Part shown: positions 18,545 through 28,112 of the stretch, in pieces
Position numbering within the stretch: the first letter of the stretch is position 1
Layout of the letters: every line of letters starts with the position of its first letter
NCBI GenBank assembly: GCA_002440745.1
Contig: DJVB01000008.1
Coordinates: 17,070 to 81,069 of the forward strand
DNA from: Bacteroidales bacterium UBA6267
GTDB lineage: Bacteria > Bacteroidota > Bacteroidia > Bacteroidales > UBA1556
Length of the DNA: 64,000 bases
Direction: 5' to 3'
The notes under the pieces: model-generated
The model's input: only the letters and a program-made list of their open reading frames with translations
What the model was told of the DNA's origin: nothing
Databases searched by the model: none
Made by a program: the position numbers and the translations under genes

Positions 18545-19225
18545 CTATCCTTGAAGGATAAATTTGAATGGCATATTGAACCAAACCCTAACCGGACGTC
18601 CGCGTTGTTTAGCAGGTTGCCATTTGGGCATGCTTTTCAGCACCCTTACAGCTTCTTCGTCGCAGCCTCCGCCGATTCCCCGAACGACTTGAATATTGGT
18701 GATTCTTCCATCTTTCTCAACAACGAATTTCAAGTAAACAGTTCCTTGAATTCCACTTTCTTTTGCCATCTGTGGATATTTGGTGTTGTCTTTCAAGAAT
18801 TTCATACGAGCTTCTTCACCACCTGGAAAACCTGCTTGTTCTTCTACAAATACAAAGATTTCCTCTTCTTTTTCTTCTTCTTCTTCTTGTTGAATGATTG
18901 GAGCATCCTCAATATCAGCATCTTCGTCCATCTCTGCATCAAACTCTAATTCGATGTCAACTTCCACATCATCTTCCACAATTTCGATAACAGTAGTTTG
19001 CTGTTGTGGAGGTGGAGGTGGTGGAGTTTCAAGTCTTTCGGTTTGAATTACAATATCTTCTTCATCCTCGAGAGCTTGCATTTTTTCGAAATCATTTACT
19101 GTTTTGTCGTAGGTTTTGTATTCAAACGATAACCAAACAACTGAAAGAGTTATCATAAGACCTATTAACATGAAAGTTGATCTTAGATGCTCTAAATTCG
19201 CTTTTTCAGACTTTTTAATTTCCAT
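18545..19225 (-). CDS. TonB-family energy transducer
   Basis: N-terminal TM anchor, PPPPPPQQQ and Glu-rich linker, C-terminal TonB_C-like AGFPGGEEA..GIQGTVYLKFVVEKDGRI. Confidence 0.75.
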   Translation of the reverse strand: MEIKKSEKANLEHLRSTFMLIGLMITLSVVWLSFEYKTYDKTVNDFEKMQALEDEEDIVIQTERLETPPPPPPQQQTTVIEIVEDDVEVDIELEFDAEMDEDADIEDAPIIQQEEEEEKEEEIFVFVEEQAGFPGGEEARMKFLKDNTKYPQMAKESGIQGTVYLKFVVEKDGRITNIQVVRGIGGGCDEEAVRVLKSMPKWQPAKQRGRPVRVWFNMPFKFILQG

Positions 19226-19322
19226 AATCTTTGAATTTATTAAGGTTTAATTCAAGCGGCTAAATTAATATTATTCTTGAAGTGCAGATTAGCTTTTTAT
19301 TAAATCTTTTTAGGTTTTTTCG

Positions 19323-19718
19323 TTATCGTTTTTTTCTGTTTCGATAGTCGAAAAATAAAATACCCAAAAGGATTCCACAACAATCTGCTATTAAATCATA
19401 AACATTACCATTTCTGCCTATTTGAACGAAATATTGGATTAACTCCGTGGAGGAAGCATATATTGTGCCAACGATAAAAATGGATAGATATTTCTGAAAT
19501 TTTCTTAAAAAAACTCTATCTGTCAATTTCTTATACTCAAGCCAAAAGAAAGAAAATGGAAGAAAGAGTATTAGATGTACAATTTTATCTGGTTGAAAAA
19601 GGTTCAGAAAATTTGTTGGTTTGGGAATATAATTACCCGGGAAAGTGGTGACGATCAAAATTAATATCGTCCAACCCCAAAAAGCTATAAGATATTTATT
19701 TCCAAATTTATGTATCAT
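19323..19718 (-). CDS. VanZ-like membrane protein
   Basis: Four TM helices with DKIVHLILF and DLIADCCGILLG motifs. The track start at 19754 would overlap the gcvH terminator hairpin, so the internal ATG at 19718 is preferred. Confidence 0.55.
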   Translation of the reverse strand: MIHKFGNKYLIAFWGWTILILIVTTFPGNYIPKPTNFLNLFQPDKIVHLILFLPFSFFWLEYKKLTDRVFLRKFQKYLSIFIVGTIYASSTELIQYFVQIGRNGNVYDLIADCCGILLGILFFDYRNRKKR

Positions 19719-19740
19719 GATTAGGTAAGAAAATGATAAA

Positions 19741-19770
19741 AAAAAAGCACTCAACTCGAGTGCTTTTTTT
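19741..19770 (-). terminator. Rho-independent terminator after gcvH
   Basis: GCACTC-AACTC-GAGTGC hairpin flanked by A6/T7 runs, 15 nt below the gcvH stop. Confidence 0.65.
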
Positions 19771-19784
19771 GATTCGTTGTTGTG

Positions 19785-20162
19785 TTATCCTTGAATGAAT
19801 TCAGCATAAGCTTCTGCATTCATCAGATGATCTGTTGAATAATCTCCAGATAATTGAATTTTTACAATCCAACCTTTTCCATAAGGATCTTGGTTTATAA
19901 GCTCAGGTGCATCTTCCAATTCGGCATTTGCTTCAATGATTGAACCGGTTACGGGCATTAAAAGGTCAGAAACTGTTTTAACAGCTTCGATAGAGCCAAA
20001 AGGTTCACCCATTGGAATATCTTCGTCATCGTTAATTTCGATATAAACGATGTCGCCCAACTCGTGGCTGGCAAAATCTGTGATACCGATGAATGCCTGA
20101 TCTCCTTCAATTCTTAGCCATTCATGATCGTTGCTGTACAATAATTCTTTAGGTATATTCAT
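19785..20162 (-). CDS. gcvH: Glycine cleavage system H protein
   Basis: Lipoyl-lysine motif SIEAVKTVSDL, HEWL and GKGWI motifs, 125 aa. Confidence 0.9.
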   Translation of the reverse strand: MNIPKELLYSNDHEWLRIEGDQAFIGITDFASHELGDIVYIEINDDEDIPMGEPFGSIEAVKTVSDLLMPVTGSIIEANAELEDAPELINQDPYGKGWIVKIQLSGDYSTDHLMNAEAYAEFIQG

Positions 20163-20323
20163 GATATTAATAATTAAATGGTGAATCTAATTTGAAGGCT
20201 ATTAAATTTGATTTTAATCGAATAAAATAGCGGTTTCAAAAGTAAAATATATTTTAGTATCTCAACAATTTTTATAAAAACAAAAAGCATATTTTTTGTT
20301 GAAAAATTGTGATGTTTCCCATA

Positions 20324-21013
20324 CTATTTTGTGAGTAGCTTAAATCCAAATCCATGAACATTGATGATTTGAATCTTTGGGTCGTCTTTTAGATATTTTC
20401 TAAGTTTTGTTATGTAAACATCCATAGAACGTGCATTATAGTAGGAGTCGTCCTTCCAGATTCTGTTGAGGGCAATTCGGCGATCCATGGTTTGGTTTTC
20501 GTGCTGACATAGAAGTTTGAGCAATTCTGCTTCTTTACTGGTTAGCTTCTGCATTTCTTTTCCAAGTTTCAACTCTTGATGGATATAATCAAAATGATAT
20601 TTTCCAATGGTAAACAGGTCTTTTTGTTCACCATCTTCCGAATCGCTTATGGTGCGCCTTAAAATGGCATTAATGCGCGCCAACAGCAGTTCCATATTAA
20701 AAGGCTTGGTGATATAATCGTCTGCTCCAATTCCGAACCCTTTTAATTTATCATCTTCCAACGATTTGGCTGTCAGGAAGATAATCGGTATTTTCTTGTC
20801 GGTTTTCCTGATATTCTCTGCTGCTGTAAAACCATCCATTATTGGCATCATTACATCAAGAATCACCAAATCAAATTCGTTTTTTTGAAAAGCCATGAGA
20901 GCATCCTGACCATTGGTAAATAAATCTACACTAAAGTTTTTTGCTTCTAAATAGGGCTTTAATATTTTTCCCAAATTAAGGTCGTCTTCTGCTAATAAAA
21001 TACGTGGTTTCAT
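20324..21013 (-). CDS. OmpR/PhoB-family response regulator
   Basis: Receiver (ILLAEDD..LVILDVMMP..TAKS) plus winged-helix output (LTSKEAELLKLL..VYITKLRKYL..GFGFKL). Confidence 0.9.
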   Translation of the reverse strand: MKPRILLAEDDLNLGKILKPYLEAKNFSVDLFTNGQDALMAFQKNEFDLVILDVMMPIMDGFTAAENIRKTDKKIPIIFLTAKSLEDDKLKGFGIGADDYITKPFNMELLLARINAILRRTISDSEDGEQKDLFTIGKYHFDYIHQELKLGKEMQKLTSKEAELLKLLCQHENQTMDRRIALNRIWKDDSYYNARSMDVYITKLRKYLKDDPKIQIINVHGFGFKLLTK

Positions 21014-21028
21014 AATAGTTAATTTAAT

Positions 21029-22429
21029 TTATAAACATTCTTCATTATTCATATCTGTCGGGAGCTTAACGTGGAAAGTTGTGCCTTTTCCTAATTGGCT
21101 TTCCAATGTGATGTTCCCTTTGTGTTTTTCAACAATTGCTTTTACATAAGTAAGTCCTAATCCGAAACCTTTCACTTCGTGAACATTTCCAGTTGGAACT
21201 CGATATAATTTGTCGAAAATCTTTTTCTGATTGCTTTTACTTATTCCAATTCCATTGTCTGAAATACTGATTGTAACACAGTTTTTCTCTCTCATAGTTA
21301 CTATTCTAATTACAGGTGTATCCGGGCTATATTTAATCGCATTGTCTAACAAATTGTTCACAACGTTGCTTATATGAACCGGATCTCCTTGAATAGTAGT
21401 ATTTGGACAGTTATCAGTAAAACTTATTTTTCCATTTTTTGGTCTTATTTGAATTTCGGCATTACGCATTACATCGTTAATAATCTCAGTGATGTCGATA
21501 TCAATTATGTTGAGATTCATCTCAGCTCTTTCGAGGATGGCCGACTGAAGAATTTTCTCAGCCATGGATCCCAATCGCCTGTTTTCTTCTTGAATGATGC
21601 CAATATAACTGCTATATAAATCAGCCGATTTCGGTATATCGGTGTCTGTCAGAGCTTGACAGGCTAATGAAATAGTTGAAATAGGAGTTTTAAACTCATG
21701 TGTCATATTGTTGATAAAATCATTCTTCATGATGGAGAGTTTCTCTTGTTTAATAATGGTTCCAATGGCATAAAGAAAAATAAATACCATACTGATAATC
21801 AGCAAACTGGACATTATTAACATAAGGCTAATCTGACCAAAAAGATAGGCCTTTTCATGGGGAAATCCAACCATCAAATATACTTGATGCACTAAGTCGT
21901 TGGATGCCAATGGGTAAATATAATTGGAATATTCGTCACTTCCATAAGCTAATGAGTCGATGAGATACTTATTATTGATTCTATCATAAAGATTAAATCG
22001 GAAAGAGATTCGAAGGTTATTTGATGCGAATTGATAACGAATCAAGGAGTCGATGAACTGATAGGTTATTTCCGGTTGGTCGTATAATGGGTTTAAAAAG
22101 GGATTTTCTATACTTCCATTTCCATTGGTATAACTTAATTGAAATTGTCCGTTTTGAAATCGCGTAACCATGGTGCGAGGCCGATTACCGGATGTGTCTT
22201 CCTGTGAATTGCTCGAATACAAATCGTTCAAGTAGCGCTTTTGAATGCACATTTGCTCGTAATAGCCAATTTCTTTGATGATACCGGAGAATACTTTTCT
22301 GGTTTCATCATTAAAATCTTGCTCTTTGAGCTGCACAGATGTCTTAATCCAGTTCAACTGCAAGGCGATTATGGCTATCAAAACTACTGATGCGCCAATA
22401 ATTACAAAACTTATTCGTTTCTTATTCAT
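21029..22429 (-). CDS. Membrane sensor histidine kinase (partner of 20324-21013)
   Basis: Two TM segments around a periplasmic domain. H-box MTHEFKTPIS, N-box LLDNAIKYS, DNGIGIS, GFGLGL. The track start is TTG 22438. ATG at 22429 (MNKKR) is preferred. Confidence 0.85.
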   Translation of the reverse strand: MNKKRISFVIIGASVVLIAIIALQLNWIKTSVQLKEQDFNDETRKVFSGIIKEIGYYEQMCIQKRYLNDLYSSNSQEDTSGNRPRTMVTRFQNGQFQLSYTNGNGSIENPFLNPLYDQPEITYQFIDSLIRYQFASNNLRISFRFNLYDRINNKYLIDSLAYGSDEYSNYIYPLASNDLVHQVYLMVGFPHEKAYLFGQISLMLIMSSLLIISMVFIFLYAIGTIIKQEKLSIMKNDFINNMTHEFKTPISTISLACQALTDTDIPKSADLYSSYIGIIQEENRRLGSMAEKILQSAILERAEMNLNIIDIDITEIINDVMRNAEIQIRPKNGKISFTDNCPNTTIQGDPVHISNVVNNLLDNAIKYSPDTPVIRIVTMREKNCVTISISDNGIGISKSNQKKIFDKLYRVPTGNVHEVKGFGLGLTYVKAIVEKHKGNITLESQLGKGTTFHVKLPTDMNNEECL

Positions 22430-22652
22430 GTGAAGCAAAATTAGACTTAATTACCACGTAAACAGAGGGGTTAACAGAATTTAACCTTTGTTTTAAGGCC
22501 TTAACAAATGTCAGAGAGCTATCAATGTATCTTTGCACCGTTAAGTTCTTAAAACTAATGTCCATCCTAAATATACACATATATAATGATTATTAAGTAA
22601 TCATTCCTAAGTTCCTGTGCAATTAAGTGATTGTGGTTAATACCTAAGTTAA

Positions 22653-22690
22653 GGGAAACTGGCGCCCGTCAGTTTCCCTTTTTATTTTTA
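22653..22690. terminator. Strong GC-rich hairpin overlapping the holB stop codon, with the better T-tract on the plus strand
   Basis: GGGAAACTG-GCGCCCGT-CAGTTTCCC (9-bp stem) followed on the plus strand by TTTTTATTTTTATCTTT. On the minus strand it spans the holB stop (22669-22671). Confidence 0.5.
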
Positions 22691-23841
22691 TCTTTCGCAA
22701 AGATTGTGGCAATTTGCAGGCTCATATCCATCAAAATAATCTTACTATTTCCATTTCTTTCAATATGTTTGATTGCTAATTCAATGATTTCAGAAAATTG
22801 TTGTGCATTTTTGCGGTTTACGAAACTGCTAAATTTAGACACAAAAGCTTCTTCCAATTTAGTAGCTTTAATCAATTCCGATTGCCCTGTTTCAAACATT
22901 ACGCAAAGCCTTATGATTCTTAAGCCATAACTTAAAAACTGTTTTAGCTTTTCTCTGCCAAAACCGGAAAGAGTGTTGCATTTTTCTTTTATCTTAACTA
23001 TCTGAAAACCATAACATAAAAGCATTAGTTCGCGAAAATCAGTAAGTAGTTCAGAATCTGTTTGATTGTTCTCCAAAAGGCTAAAGACTTGATTGAAATT
23101 GCCATCAGAGAGTTTTAACACATATTCTAAACGGTCGCCTTCTAAGCCAAAATAATCTGCAAGGTAATCTTTCAATTTATGCTCAGGATGTCTGCTAACC
23201 TTAATCATCTGAGTTCGGGAAAGTATGGTTTTTAGAAGTTGGTCAGGATTATAGCTTATCAAAAAAAACAGCGTATTTTGGGGTGGTTCTTCTAACGTCT
23301 TGAGTAATTTAGGAGCAGCAGCGTGATATAATTTCTCCGCCAACCAAATAATAACTACTTTTTGTGGCGACTCATAAGGTGTCGTTGAAGCTATCTGATT
23401 GATTTCGTTTGCATCATCAACGCTAATCCTACCTTGTTTGTTTTCGATGCCAATGAAGCTATACCATTCATTTTCGGTTAAATAGCCCTTATTGTCAAGT
23501 ACAATTTGTCTGAAAGGGTTGATGAAATCAGCACTTGTTGGTTTGGAGTTTACCTCTTTGGTTGTGGCTACAGGAAATATAAAATGCAAGTCGGGATGTG
23601 CTAAATTTTGATATTTTTTGCATGATGGACATTGACCACAGCTATCACCAATAAGTTCGTCATCCTTAAGCTTTTGCTTATTCGAACAAGCAATATATTG
23701 AGCATAAGCAATGGCTATGCTAAGCGATTCGCCACCTTCCTGCCCGTAAAATAGTAAGGTGTGACTGATTCTGCCTGAATTTACAGTTTCTATAAGCTTG
23801 TTTTTAAGCTCGTTATGCCCGATAATTTCTGAAAATAACAT
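22669..23841 (-). CDS. holB: DNA polymerase III delta-prime subunit
   Basis: GRISHTLLFYG, zinc-module-like CGQCPSCKKYQNLAHPDLHFIFP, KLLKTLEEPP, SRTQ. Confidence 0.8.
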   Translation of the reverse strand: MLFSEIIGHNELKNKLIETVNSGRISHTLLFYGQEGGESLSIAIAYAQYIACSNKQKLKDDELIGDSCGQCPSCKKYQNLAHPDLHFIFPVATTKEVNSKPTSADFINPFRQIVLDNKGYLTENEWYSFIGIENKQGRISVDDANEINQIASTTPYESPQKVVIIWLAEKLYHAAAPKLLKTLEEPPQNTLFFLISYNPDQLLKTILSRTQMIKVSRHPEHKLKDYLADYFGLEGDRLEYVLKLSDGNFNQVFSLLENNQTDSELLTDFRELMLLCYGFQIVKIKEKCNTLSGFGREKLKQFLSYGLRIIRLCVMFETGQSELIKATKLEEAFVSKFSSFVNRKNAQQFSEIIELAIKHIERNGNSKIILMDMSLQIATIFAKDKNKKGN

Positions 23842-23935
23842 TGGCCAAATTTATAAAATAAGCCATTCCCTAATATTTGTTTTTTAGATAAATTGTATCA
23901 AAATTCCGATAATGTATCATTTCTTGGTTTTCAAT

Positions 23936-23970
23936 AAAAAAGCCGGCAATTTGAAAAAAGCCGGCTTTTG
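23936..23970 (-). terminator. Rho-independent terminator after the cytochrome c gene
   Basis: Two self-complementary GCCGGC hexamers separated by 12 nt. The minus-strand hairpin is followed by TTTTTTATTG. Confidence 0.65.
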
Positions 23971-23986
23971 TTTTTAGGTTAATGGT

Positions 23987-24898
23987 TTATCTTTCGCGAA
24001 GATTATAAATTCGAAAAATTTGAAATACTGCCCACCCAATAGTTAACCAAACACCCAGAACCACAAGAATATAGGTGAGTTTCAACCATAAAGGTGCATT
24101 ATCACGTGGCCCCCATAATGAAGGTTCATCAAGAGGATTTTTGTAGTGTGTCTTTTCACCAAACTTTACCTCTTTAGAAGCCGAAATTGTGGTTCCGTCA
24201 ACGGTTGCTATCACTGTAACATAACCATTTGTGTCGGCAGGTAAGTCTAATGGAAATTGTTCTACCGCAACACTCTGTCCATCAGTTTTTTTGGTGTTAA
24301 TCAGAAAATCGCCAAAAGCTCTTTTTACATAAATATTCACTTTCACGTTTTTTGCGTTAGCCGGATTGCCCATTTCATCAACGGCTTGAAGCTGAACTTT
24401 GATATTTCCATTGCTTGTATCGAAATCGAGGGTTAGACCTTTTATCGTTCCAACAAATTTCTCGGCAGCCGGTGCCGCAGAAATAGATGCAGGTGGTTGA
24501 TATTCAGGATAAAAGGTGCGAATATAAGCAACTAATTTCCATCGCTCATCTTCCGATAGTCGGTCGAAAGGCGGCATTCCGGTGGCGGCATGTCCAAGGG
24601 TGATTTTATAGAAAAATTCACCATCAGAATTTTTCTTTTGAATCTCTTGACTTCCAAGGTTTGGCGATAAGGGTAGTTGCCGTGTATTGGTAGGCACAAC
24701 CGACATTTCGTTGTGACACATTTTACATTGTGTGTTAAAAATAGCCTCGCCAGCTTCCTGATTAGCTTGGTCGAATGGAATTTTTAATGTTTCAGCTTTT
24801 TGCTCGTCACTAATGCCCCAATCTGTTTGAGCATTCAAACCGATAGTGTTCCAAAAAATGAAAACAGCTATTGCAGCAAATTTAAGTATTGTATTCAT
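23987..24898 (-). CDS. Monoheme cytochrome c with Ig-like middle domain and C-terminal TM anchor
   Basis: Signal peptide from the internal ATG (MNTILKFAAIAVFIFWNTIGLNAQ). The track start at 25006 overlaps the NrfD gene. Single CKMCH heme site with distal GMPPF. C-terminal helix LWLKLTYILVVLGVWLTIGWAVF. Confidence 0.7.
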   Translation of the reverse strand: MNTILKFAAIAVFIFWNTIGLNAQTDWGISDEQKAETLKIPFDQANQEAGEAIFNTQCKMCHNEMSVVPTNTRQLPLSPNLGSQEIQKKNSDGEFFYKITLGHAATGMPPFDRLSEDERWKLVAYIRTFYPEYQPPASISAAPAAEKFVGTIKGLTLDFDTSNGNIKVQLQAVDEMGNPANAKNVKVNIYVKRAFGDFLINTKKTDGQSVAVEQFPLDLPADTNGYVTVIATVDGTTISASKEVKFGEKTHYKNPLDEPSLWGPRDNAPLWLKLTYILVVLGVWLTIGWAVFQIFRIYNLRER

Positions 24899-24917
24899 AA
24901 TCTGTTTCTTAGAATAT

Positions 24918-26261
24918 TTATAAATCTTTTTCAATATCAACACCTTTTTCATGCGCAGTTTCCCAAATGGGAACCACTGGGAATAATTTGGCCAAAATGG
25001 CAACAATTAACACTGCTGTTGCTATGACTCCAATCGTTATGGTTACTTCCATACCTGTAGGGTTGTATTCGGTAAAATCTTTTGGCACGTTCTGAATGGG
25101 CAAATGGGCATGAATAAGTGTTGGAACAATGATTATCACCCTTTTATACCAAGCTCCAATTACTAATGAAGCTCCTATTAGCATCAATGGGAATGGCTTT
25201 CTCATTTTTTTGAATAGACCTAAAACTATTGGAAGGATTAAACCAAAAGTTTGGGTGAGCCAAAACATGAGTGAGTATTCACCATTAAATAAGGTGTGAA
25301 GATGTATTGCATCATGAGTTTTCATTTTATAACCAGGAACCAAAAATTCATTTAAGTTGAAATAAAGATAAACCAATGAAACTAAAACCATCAATTTTCC
25401 CATTTTATCAAAATGGTAGTCGGTTATATAATCTTGAAGTTTGTAGCCACGTCTGATAAAATACATGGCCACTAATACGGCACCTGAGCCTGCAACGAAT
25501 GCTCCAGAAACATAATAAGGTCCAAAAATGGTGGAGTCCCAACCAGCGCGTAGTGTGAGGGCAGATAGCCAAGATGTTACGGTGTGAATCGACATTGCAA
25601 CTGGTATAATGAGAATCAACAACACGCGAAGTGTCCGATGAAGAATTTGATATTGTTTTGGTGTGCCAACCCAACCTAAGGACAGGATATTATAAAGCAT
25701 CCATTTCCACTGTGGGACTTCGCCTTTTAAATGATTGCGCATAATTCCTAAGTCAGGAAGCATTGGCAGCAGAAGCAACAAAGTGCTGATAGCCACATAA
25801 GTAGTCACAACAGTAACGTCCCAAAAAATGGGTGACTGGAATCTGAAATGTAGGAATACATTCAGCAATCTATCCGGGCGACCCATATCGATGACGATAA
25901 TTATACCAGCCATCATCACAAAGGCTAAAGCAATCATTTCGGCAATTCTCCCGACCGGCGTTATCCATTTTTGTCCAACAAGTCCGACAACTGCAGAAAT
26001 AAGCATACCCACAAGAGCTACAGCTACGAAAAATACAAATGAAGCAATGTAAATTCCCCAACTAACATAATCTGTCATGGCTGTTACGCCTAATCCATCT
26101 CGTAATTGGAAGTAGTAGGCATATAAGGCTGCAGCTATTAATGTTAATAAACTTACAATGAGGGCATTATAACCCCAATACTTGGTTTTGACAGGCGTGA
26201 GTAAATCTTCTTTTATTTTCTCAAAAACAGCCTTCTCATCTTGATTTCTAATCTCCGACAT
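24918..26261 (-). CDS. NrfD/PsrC/ActC-like polytopic quinone-interacting membrane subunit
   Basis: 447 aa, about 10 hydrophobic helices, NrfD-family look. Sits between the Fe-S and cytochrome c genes. Confidence 0.75.
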   Translation of the reverse strand: MSEIRNQDEKAVFEKIKEDLLTPVKTKYWGYNALIVSLLTLIAAALYAYYFQLRDGLGVTAMTDYVSWGIYIASFVFFVAVALVGMLISAVVGLVGQKWITPVGRIAEMIALAFVMMAGIIIVIDMGRPDRLLNVFLHFRFQSPIFWDVTVVTTYVAISTLLLLLPMLPDLGIMRNHLKGEVPQWKWMLYNILSLGWVGTPKQYQILHRTLRVLLILIIPVAMSIHTVTSWLSALTLRAGWDSTIFGPYYVSGAFVAGSGAVLVAMYFIRRGYKLQDYITDYHFDKMGKLMVLVSLVYLYFNLNEFLVPGYKMKTHDAIHLHTLFNGEYSLMFWLTQTFGLILPIVLGLFKKMRKPFPLMLIGASLVIGAWYKRVIIIVPTLIHAHLPIQNVPKDFTEYNPTGMEVTITIGVIATAVLIVAILAKLFPVVPIWETAHEKGVDIEKDL

Positions 26262-26298
26262 TATTTAATGTTTTTAAGGTTACAAATTATTTAATGTA

Positions 26299-27246
26299 TT
26301 AACCATGATGGGGTTTATCGGGCTCATCTTCGCCGAGATAATTTTTGCCGTCATAATTGTATTTAATTAACCGGTCTCTTGGTGGCAAGTAATAAACCGA
26401 TGGTTTTGTGCCTAATTCCGGAAGTAATGTGTAAGCACCTTTTTCTTCTAATAAAGTACTAAGTCGTGTGCTTTCCTTACTTGTGCCGTTTGTAACAACA
26501 TCTTCATTGGCATCGCCAAACCAGTAAACTCCGTTAGGACAAGCAGATACGCAATATGGAAGCTTACCAATACGCAGGCGGTCGGCACTGAATAAACATT
26601 TGGAAATGGTGCCTTTTTTCTGAGGAACATTCAGCTCGACATCGTAAATACGGTCGGTATCTTCTTCATAATGTTTGGGTTCGGTCCAATTGAAGATACG
26701 CGCTGAATATGGGCAAGCTGCAATGCAAAAACGGCATCCGATACAGCGCTCATTATCAATTAAAACGATTCCGTCCTGACGTTGGAATGTTGCATCTACC
26801 GGACAAACTTTAGTACATGGAGGATTGTCGCAATGCTGACAAGGCTTCGGCATGAAATAATGACCGGTTCGTTCATCGTTTTCCATACGCAACACATTGA
26901 TATGATGCTGCTCAGGTTTTAAATGGTGAGCTGTTTGACAAGCTGCCATACACTGCCGTGCATTCTGACATTTAGCTAAGTCAATAACCATGACGAATTT
27001 TTTTCCGGGAATTCCTTCTCTGCCTCTTTTTTGAAGCTCGGTTAAGTGGACATCCATTTTTGAAACATCTACCTCTACCCATTCTCCTTCTGCATTCAAA
27101 AACCGGAATTTTTTGTTAGGGTCGGTGGTATTGCAAGAACTTACTACCCCCATTGCACTCACAACTCCTAAGGTTCCTAAGGTAACTCCAAACTTTTTCA
27201 GGAAGCCCCTTCGTGTTGTGGATACAGTTGTATTGTTTTGATCCAT
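26299..27246 (-). CDS. Tat-exported 4Fe-4S dicluster protein (NrfC/PsrB/ActB2-like)
   Basis: Twin-arginine signal TTRRGFLKKFG. Cluster motifs CQHCDNPPCTKVCP, CIGCRFCIAACP, C..CVSACP, plus a degenerate first motif CQNARQCMAAC. Confidence 0.8.
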   Translation of the reverse strand: MDQNNTTVSTTRRGFLKKFGVTLGTLGVVSAMGVVSSCNTTDPNKKFRFLNAEGEWVEVDVSKMDVHLTELQKRGREGIPGKKFVMVIDLAKCQNARQCMAACQTAHHLKPEQHHINVLRMENDERTGHYFMPKPCQHCDNPPCTKVCPVDATFQRQDGIVLIDNERCIGCRFCIAACPYSARIFNWTEPKHYEEDTDRIYDVELNVPQKKGTISKCLFSADRLRIGKLPYCVSACPNGVYWFGDANEDVVTNGTSKESTRLSTLLEEKGAYTLLPELGTKPSVYYLPPRDRLIKYNYDGKNYLGEDEPDKPHHG

Positions 27247-27538
27247 AGTAAAATATGATGTTTAGTTTGTACTGTTTTCTGTTTAAATTAAATAAAGTAA
27301 TTGATTGCGTAAATATATACAGTTATCTTTATTGTCCATACGTTTAATTGAAATTCAGAATCATTTTAAATAGCATGTCGCCATTTAATTGAGAAGTAGG
27401 CCGGTATTTAGTTTTTTTTGATATAAAAACTAAAGATTCTGCTCAAGAAGAAATCGCTGATTTACGAGAATCAATCGATTTAATAACACTCTTGAAAGCA
27501 GAACCCTTGAAAAGAAATTTTTATCGGAAACGAGATTG

Positions 27539-28000
27539 CTAAAATGGTAAATCGTCTTCCATTTGCTCCACTTGAGGTGCCGGATTTGGTTCGCCTTCGG
27601 TTTTTTGAGGAGCTGCATGTTGCTGATAATCGTTTTCTGACGGGATTGGTGGCATATTACTGTTTTCAGATCTTTTGCCCAACATGATAAAACGATCTAC
27701 TAAAATGTCTGTAGTATAGCGGGTTACGTTGTTTTGATCGGTCCATTGTCTGGTTTTTATCCTTCCTTCAAGATAGATTTGCATGCCTTTCTTCAAATCT
27801 CTTTCGGCTCTTTCAGCCAATTGCCGCCACATAACGATGTTATGCCACTCGGTTTGCTCTTGCCAATTTCCGTCTTTGTCTTTATACGATTCAGAGGTCG
27901 CTAAGCTAAATTGTGCAACTTTAACTCCGTTTTCGAATGCTCTTACTTCAGGGTCTTTTCCAAGATTTCCCACAAGTATTACTTTATTTATTCCTGCCAT
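27539..28000 (-). CDS. ssb: Single-stranded DNA-binding protein
   Basis: OB-fold N-terminus MAGINKVILVGNLGKDPE, acidic tail MEDDLPF. Confidence 0.9.
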   Translation of the reverse strand: MAGINKVILVGNLGKDPEVRAFENGVKVAQFSLATSESYKDKDGNWQEQTEWHNIVMWRQLAERAERDLKKGMQIYLEGRIKTRQWTDQNNVTRYTTDILVDRFIMLGKRSENSNMPPIPSENDYQQHAAPQKTEGEPNPAPQVEQMEDDLPF

Positions 28001-28112
28001 AATGTGTAATTTGAAAGATTATGATGTATTGATGTTGATAATTTTAGGTTTAGTAAAATTATCTATTTAGTGACCAACAAAAATACTAAAAACATTTTAA
28101 GTTTGATTGCTT

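Noticed and set aside
18860-18905. TTC/CTT-rich simple repeat
   Set aside because: It encodes the acidic EEEEEKEEE linker of the TonB-family protein. It is in frame and typical of such linkers, not a regulatory microsatellite.
18551-18949. 132-aa plus-strand ORF
   Set aside because: It is antisense to the TonB-family gene and includes a poly-Phe stretch that mirrors the Glu-rich linker. It is not a real gene.
20163-20323. Possible glycine riboswitch upstream of gcvH
   Set aside because: The 161-bp leader is extremely AT-rich. It lacks the conserved GGAGAG / CACCG / GGGGCAA-type blocks that I associate with glycine riboswitch aptamers.
22631-22930. 99-aa plus-strand ORF
   Set aside because: It is antisense to the holB 3-prime region, hydrophobic and low in complexity, and it starts inside the terminator hairpin.
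24899-25006. N-terminal 36-codon extension of the cytochrome c ORF that overlaps the NrfD gene
   Set aside because: The signal peptide begins at the internal ATG at 24898. Using that start leaves a clean 19-nt gap after the NrfD stop.
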